The translations under genes and the position numbers were made by a program. A stretch of DNA of 64,000 nucleotides from Candidatus Latescibacterota bacterium (GTDB lineage: Bacteria > Latescibacterota > UBA2968 > GCA-2709665). The notes beneath the pieces were generated by a model. The model did no database searches and had not been told where the DNA came from. It saw nothing but the letters and a program-made list of their open reading frames with translations. Every line of letters starts with the position of its first letter. Positions within the stretch are counted from its first letter, which is position 1. This document shows positions 59,724-64,000 of the stretch, one piece after another. The DNA lies in assembly GCA_965203805.1 (NCBI GenBank), contig OZ241917.1, forward strand, positions 2,336,001 to 2,400,000. The letters are read 5' to 3'.

Positions 59724-60326
59724 TCATGCACGGTCCCGGTACTCTCCTTCACAATACCTGCGAATTCTCAACCCAAGCTCGCGCGCGTTTCGCTTGGACC
59801 AGAATCGGAAGTGCTTAACATATAGGAGTTCGCACGGGAGGTCCTTCCCCTGTAGCAACTCGGCAGCGTCCTTGCCGTGGGCAATCACCAGCCTGGGCGC
59901 GATCTGGCGCAAGAGATAGTCGAAGGAAGTCGAGATCTTGCTTCGCTCGTCCAGGTCCGATGCCTGATTAGTCGCTTTCGCGTAGACATTCGTCTCGAGG
60001 CATTTGACGGGACTGGCGCCCGAGACGACCTCCTCGATGATTCTTCGTGTGTTGCTTACTTCATTCCTTCTCTTTCTTCCGGGTTTCAGCGGGCGAGACC
60101 TTCGCTCCTCCTTGTACTTCTCGAACCACGCGCGTTTGTCGAATCCATAGCTGTCCGACCAGAAATCCCAGAAATCAACCGACATGCGGCTCGCGGGATT
60201 GATACCAACGAGGAACACATCGCAATCAAGCGGCGAACCCTCGCACACGAACGGACGCAGATCGGTCGGCCTGCCGATCAGAGATGCCAGGCCAAGGCTG
60301 AACTCGTGCAAGCTACTCGTTTCCAT
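59724..60326 (-). CDS. Uracil-DNA glycosylase superfamily-like protein
   Basis: VFLVGINPA, ETNVY, PRLVIAHGKDA, HF motifs; GAGG RBS. Confidence 0.65.
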   Translation of the reverse strand: METSSLHEFSLGLASLIGRPTDLRPFVCEGSPLDCDVFLVGINPASRMSVDFWDFWSDSYGFDKRAWFEKYKEERRSRPLKPGRKRRNEVSNTRRIIEEVVSGASPVKCLETNVYAKATNQASDLDERSKISTSFDYLLRQIAPRLVIAHGKDAAELLQGKDLPCELLYVKHFRFWSKRNARELGLRIRRYCEGEYRDRA

Positions 60327-60739
60327 TTTAGTCTTCCTCTCATTGATGTTCCAGGCCTATTCAGATTTATCCTCTCGGTTGACAGGAGTCGGCCGCCAGC
60401 CACAATCGGAATTCCGGATGTAGTGACAATAACTTAATCGTGCTTTGGCAGTCGAGAAACGCACCGGCTGTCACGCAGTGTGAATCCATACAAAAACACC
60501 GGCATAATGCCGGTCTCAGTCAATCGAAACAGTCTTGATAAACCTTCGGAAGGTAACGGAAAGTTCAATGCCCGTCGCGACTTTGGGCGGTGGATTACTG
60601 GAGAACAGATCTGGAACTCACGAGGTCGCCACCATGAACAAATGGATTTGGGTCAATCACCGGAGGTTGTAATGCTGATGCTTCTCGGTTTATCTCTAAG
60701 TTGTAGACAGATCGAACCAAGGAAACAGGTGCAGTGTAT

Positions 60740-61318
60740 CTACGTTGCGCTGACGTTCGAATCTGACCCCTGCCGCAGATATTCGTATCCACGTAGATTG
60801 GCCGTTTTTTTTGCAATTTTTTCAATTATCGATATTCTCGTCGACCTGGACGATAAATTAATCCCCAGTGCCTCGCCAATTTGCCTCAGCATTGAAATGT
60901 CGTACTTTTTTCGATCGGCCAAAGTGAGCTCGATATCTGACGACGTCAACCCTTTTAATTCTTCTGCTATAACCCTTGCATCCTCGCGGCTCTGTGCAGA
61001 ATAGGCATTGCGTGCGGTCTTCTTCGTCCCCTTGTTTCGTGATGACAGACCCAGAACTGACGAAAGCACAGGATCTGACTCTGCGACGCGTACACAGTCC
61101 TTGATAGATTCGATGGTCGATGTAACGCCTTCAACGTCTTCCCCTGCAGGAAGTGACCTTAGCCTTATCTGGAAATCTCTTAGGAACTTAATCAAGACCT
61201 CCAATTCTTGGTCAAGTCGATGTTTTGTCTCCTCCGTGGGCAAGGCGTCAACCAACTCGGACAGCCTGCTGAGAAAGTTGTCCAATTTCCTTCCGGTCAA
61301 TCTTACTGAATTGCTCAT
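60740..61318 (-). CDS. Hypothetical protein coupled to ParA
   Basis: TAATG overlap with the parA stop; helical; C-terminal LRQIGEALGINLSSRSTRISIIEKI is helix-extension-helix-like. Confidence 0.7.
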   Translation of the reverse strand: MSNSVRLTGRKLDNFLSRLSELVDALPTEETKHRLDQELEVLIKFLRDFQIRLRSLPAGEDVEGVTSTIESIKDCVRVAESDPVLSSVLGLSSRNKGTKKTARNAYSAQSREDARVIAEELKGLTSSDIELTLADRKKYDISMLRQIGEALGINLSSRSTRISIIEKIAKKTANLRGYEYLRQGSDSNVSAT

Positions 61319-62259
61319 TATTGAAATCTCTCCAGAAGTTCGTCGACGACTCGGGGATACTCCTGCTTGCCCGTCGCCCGCCTGGCGTTTTCAGAGTCAT
61401 GCAACCATATGGGCAGACTGTTTTCGGCAGCTTCAGTGTATCCGATCAATTCAGTCGTGTGGGTTGAAAAGCACTTGTCCCGGCCCAACTGCGACCGAAT
61501 TCCCTCCATTGTATTCGCATGGGCATTAGCGATCATTTCACCCCCGATTCGCACACGAACGAAAAGAACTGCGCCGAACTCAGCTACACGATGACTGTCC
61601 GCAGTTTCACCGGCCAATGCACCCGCATGCGTCATACGTTCGTCGATATCCCGGACTTTGTTTGTTAAAATGCTCAATCCAATTGTAGAAAGATGATCCG
61701 GTATCGCGGTCACAATGTAGTAGTCACTCGCGATAAGCGCGTTCTGCGTCATCAAATACAAATTCGGCGGGCAATCTATCAGAACAAAATCGTAATTGTC
61801 ACGGACTTCGTTGATGGCTTTAACTAGGAATTCCCGGTCTCGCATGGCCTGTTGTGCGTTCTTCCTCAGCATTTCCATACTTGGATATGCTCCTGAGATC
61901 TGCCCTCCGCCAATGTCCTCCCCTATCAGATCAATATCGCACGGGATCAAATCCAATCGTGGGTGACGGCGCCCGTCCCTTAAACGAATTGGAGTCTCCC
62001 ACAGATATCTCTTAACGTCAATGGGTTTCCTGTCCAGAAATCTCTTATACATAGTGGCAATTGTGCCAACTCTGGATTTCCGCCTTTTCCAGTCTTCAAT
62101 GGAAGCACATAGAAACGTAAGGTTTGTCTGTGGATCGATATCGATCAGCAAGACCTTCTTCTCTCTTAGTCCGGCAAGCCAACATCCGACATGGTAGGCT
62201 GATGTCGTCTTTGCGACGCCACCTTTGTAATTGATAAACGCGAAAACCTTTGCTGCCAC
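61318..62259 (-). CDS. ParA/Soj family ATPase
   Basis: NYKGGVAKTT deviant Walker A, IDIDPQ.NLT, IDCPP; low GC. Confidence 0.9.
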   Translation of the reverse strand: MAAKVFAFINYKGGVAKTTSAYHVGCWLAGLREKKVLLIDIDPQTNLTFLCASIEDWKRRKSRVGTIATMYKRFLDRKPIDVKRYLWETPIRLRDGRRHPRLDLIPCDIDLIGEDIGGGQISGAYPSMEMLRKNAQQAMRDREFLVKAINEVRDNYDFVLIDCPPNLYLMTQNALIASDYYIVTAIPDHLSTIGLSILTNKVRDIDERMTHAGALAGETADSHRVAEFGAVLFVRVRIGGEMIANAHANTMEGIRSQLGRDKCFSTHTTELIGYTEAAENSLPIWLHDSENARRATGKQEYPRVVDELLERFQ

Positions 62260-62814
62260 TAATTATGCCCCCAAGCAGACAACCGCATATTGCGATCTTC
62301 AGCTATATTCGGAACAGAAGATCGATGCTACTGGTCGGTTCATCTTGACAGCGTGGCATGCACCCGTGAATGACTGGCAAACCTAAGGCGCACAGCGCTT
62401 TGACTGCGATTAATTACGAGCCAGGTGTCAGCAAGCCGAAAGCGTATCCGTTGGAAATCTCGTTCAATGCACGACACTCCCATACGTTTGAGTCCCGAGG
62501 ATCACTTTTAACGAACTGACCACCTCTAACCTTCAAATATATGGCATTCGATGGGCGGAAGGCAACCTCATTTCCGTTTCTGTCACTTACTCTGAACGGC
62601 AGCTGTTCCTTCAAGTGGCGAATAGTTCCCGCAACCAGACATTTGCTTCAGGGATCCCGCATGCGTCGAACACGAATTCCTGTCCGGGGCTTACCGTGTT
62701 GAGGTATACCCATGGTTTGCGGCGGTCCCAAAGTTTCCTATTGTAGTGGTGGCTTAGGATTGGACAACCGCCCGGCGGATAAAATCACGACGGCAGCCTC
62801 CATCTGCTGCGATT

Positions 62815-62916
62815 CGCCGATCGCGGCGCCGTCAACGTGAAACGGTCGCCGTCGCCGGAAAAGAGGGCTGCGCAGTTCACCGAGTTGAATTACTTGCGCC
62901 TGAAGACGATCTTCAT
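62815..62916 (-). pseudogene. Decayed Nmad3-like 5' fragment, copy 2
   Basis: ATG 62916: MKIVFRRK*FNSVN..SPLF../DGDRFTL; DNA aligns with 56713-56803 at a constant 6159-bp offset. Confidence 0.6.
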
Positions 62917-63060
62917 CGATTCTCCGCCTTTCCAGTTTCATTTCGGTTCTGATGACCCACGGAATCCAGGCGGAAGTCGGCATCCTCCGGCACGCAAATT
63001 CCCGCCCATGCATGATCCGTTTTGCTGACTGGTCACTGACACTGATCACCGACCACTGCC

Positions 63061-64000
63061 GCTGCAATCCTTGTTCTGATGGAAGATTCTCTCTGAGATG
63101 AGCAGATCGAAAAACGGCCCGGTGTGTATCACGGGTTTCAATCCTTGTTCTGATGGAAGATTCTCTCTGAGTGTTCGTCGGGCAACATCGTCCGCCCCAG
63201 ACCTTCCTGTTTCAATCCTTGTTCTGATGGAAGATTCTCTCTGAGTCTCCGTGGACGGGTTGATGTTCTGTCTTTGCACGTGTTGTTTCAATCCTTGTTC
63301 TGATGGAAGATTCTCTCTGAGTCCACGTCGGCATCCAGTTCGATACCGAGATAATGTGGTTTCAATCCTTGTTCTGATGGAAGATTCTCTCTGAGAAGTC
63401 CGCCCCAGATATAACCCCAATATACCCACGTGTTTCAATCCTTGTTCTGATGGAAGATTCTCTCTGAGACGGCGAGCCCAACTATCGCGCCGAAGAAGGT
63501 GACTCCAGTTTCAATCCTTGTTCTGATGGAAGATTCTCTCTGAGCGCTTAGAGCGTCTCTATTGCGTTCTGCGATACCGGTTTCAATCCTTGTTCTGATG
63601 GAAGATTCTCTCTGAGCGCGTAATAAAGCGCTTCACCACCGTCAAAGCCTTCCGGTTTCAATCCTTGTTCTGATGGAAGATTCTCTCTGAGAATCGGGCG
63701 GCCCGTCTTTTACGCGTACAACAACAGTTTCAATCCTTGTTCTGATGGAAGATTCTCTCTGAGACATCACATCTTCAGGATCACCGAGTGTGGCGATCTG
63801 TTTCAATCCTTGTTCTGATGGAAGATTCTCTCTGAGCCAAGCGTTGGCGCGGGCCACGCCGTCGACGGACTCCATGTTTCAATCCTTGTTCTGATGGAAG
63901 ATTCTCTCTGAGCGCAAGGGGTTCCCCGAGCACCAGGCCCTGATTTAGTTTCAATCCTTGTTCTGATGGAAGATTCTCTCTGAGTTCGAATGATACCGAT
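63061..64000 (-). CRISPR. CRISPR array: 13 repeats and 12 complete spacers (35-39 bp); continues past the window
   Basis: Repeat GTTTCAATCCTTGTTCTGATGGAAGATTCTCTCTGAG at 63061 (2 mismatches), 63135, 63209, 63285, 63359, 63432, 63508, 63580, 63655, 63727, 63800, 63876, 63948. The reverse complement ends in ATTGAAAC and the degenerate copy is at 63061, so transcription on the minus strand is inferred. Confidence 0.98.

Noticed and set aside
62935-62954. GTTTCATTTCGGTTCTGATG as an extra degenerate CRISPR repeat
   Set aside because: Needs a gap, lacks the GGAAGATTC half, and aligns with the non-repeat Nmad3 upstream region at about 56776-56795.
63046-63875. ORFs with repeated RESSIRTRIET / LRENLPSEQGLK
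   Set aside because: These are translations of the CRISPR repeat.

Overview
High-GC bacterial genomic window. Bases 1-53,860 are mostly housekeeping and metabolic genes: copA 5' end, thiL, hisA, an RND permease, arfB, S1, pyrD/pyrK, a split carB, nnr, gltX, glnS, prs, three tRNAs, sulfatase/amidase/oxidoreductase genes, ubiA/ubiX-type genes and surface proteins. From about 53,890 to the end is an accessory/defence region with several toxin-antitoxin modules and relics, a UDG-like gene, an orphan ParA operon, and the trailer end of a CRISPR array (13 repeats of 37 bp, running off the window; no cas genes in view). The main observation is a second, degenerate array at 58,303-59,655. Its five repeat copies are separated by 193-493 bp segments that each carry a small gene instead of a normal spacer. 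Three of those genes are paralogues, and each starts 4-5 nt after a repeat that supplies an AAGGA Shine-Dalgarno-like motif at the expected Cas6 cut site. This locus shares its terminal repeat, a 99-bp flank and an Nmad3-like gene start with the true array, which points to a duplicated CRISPR locus whose spacer positions now hold genes. All product names come from motif recognition by eye; no searches were run.
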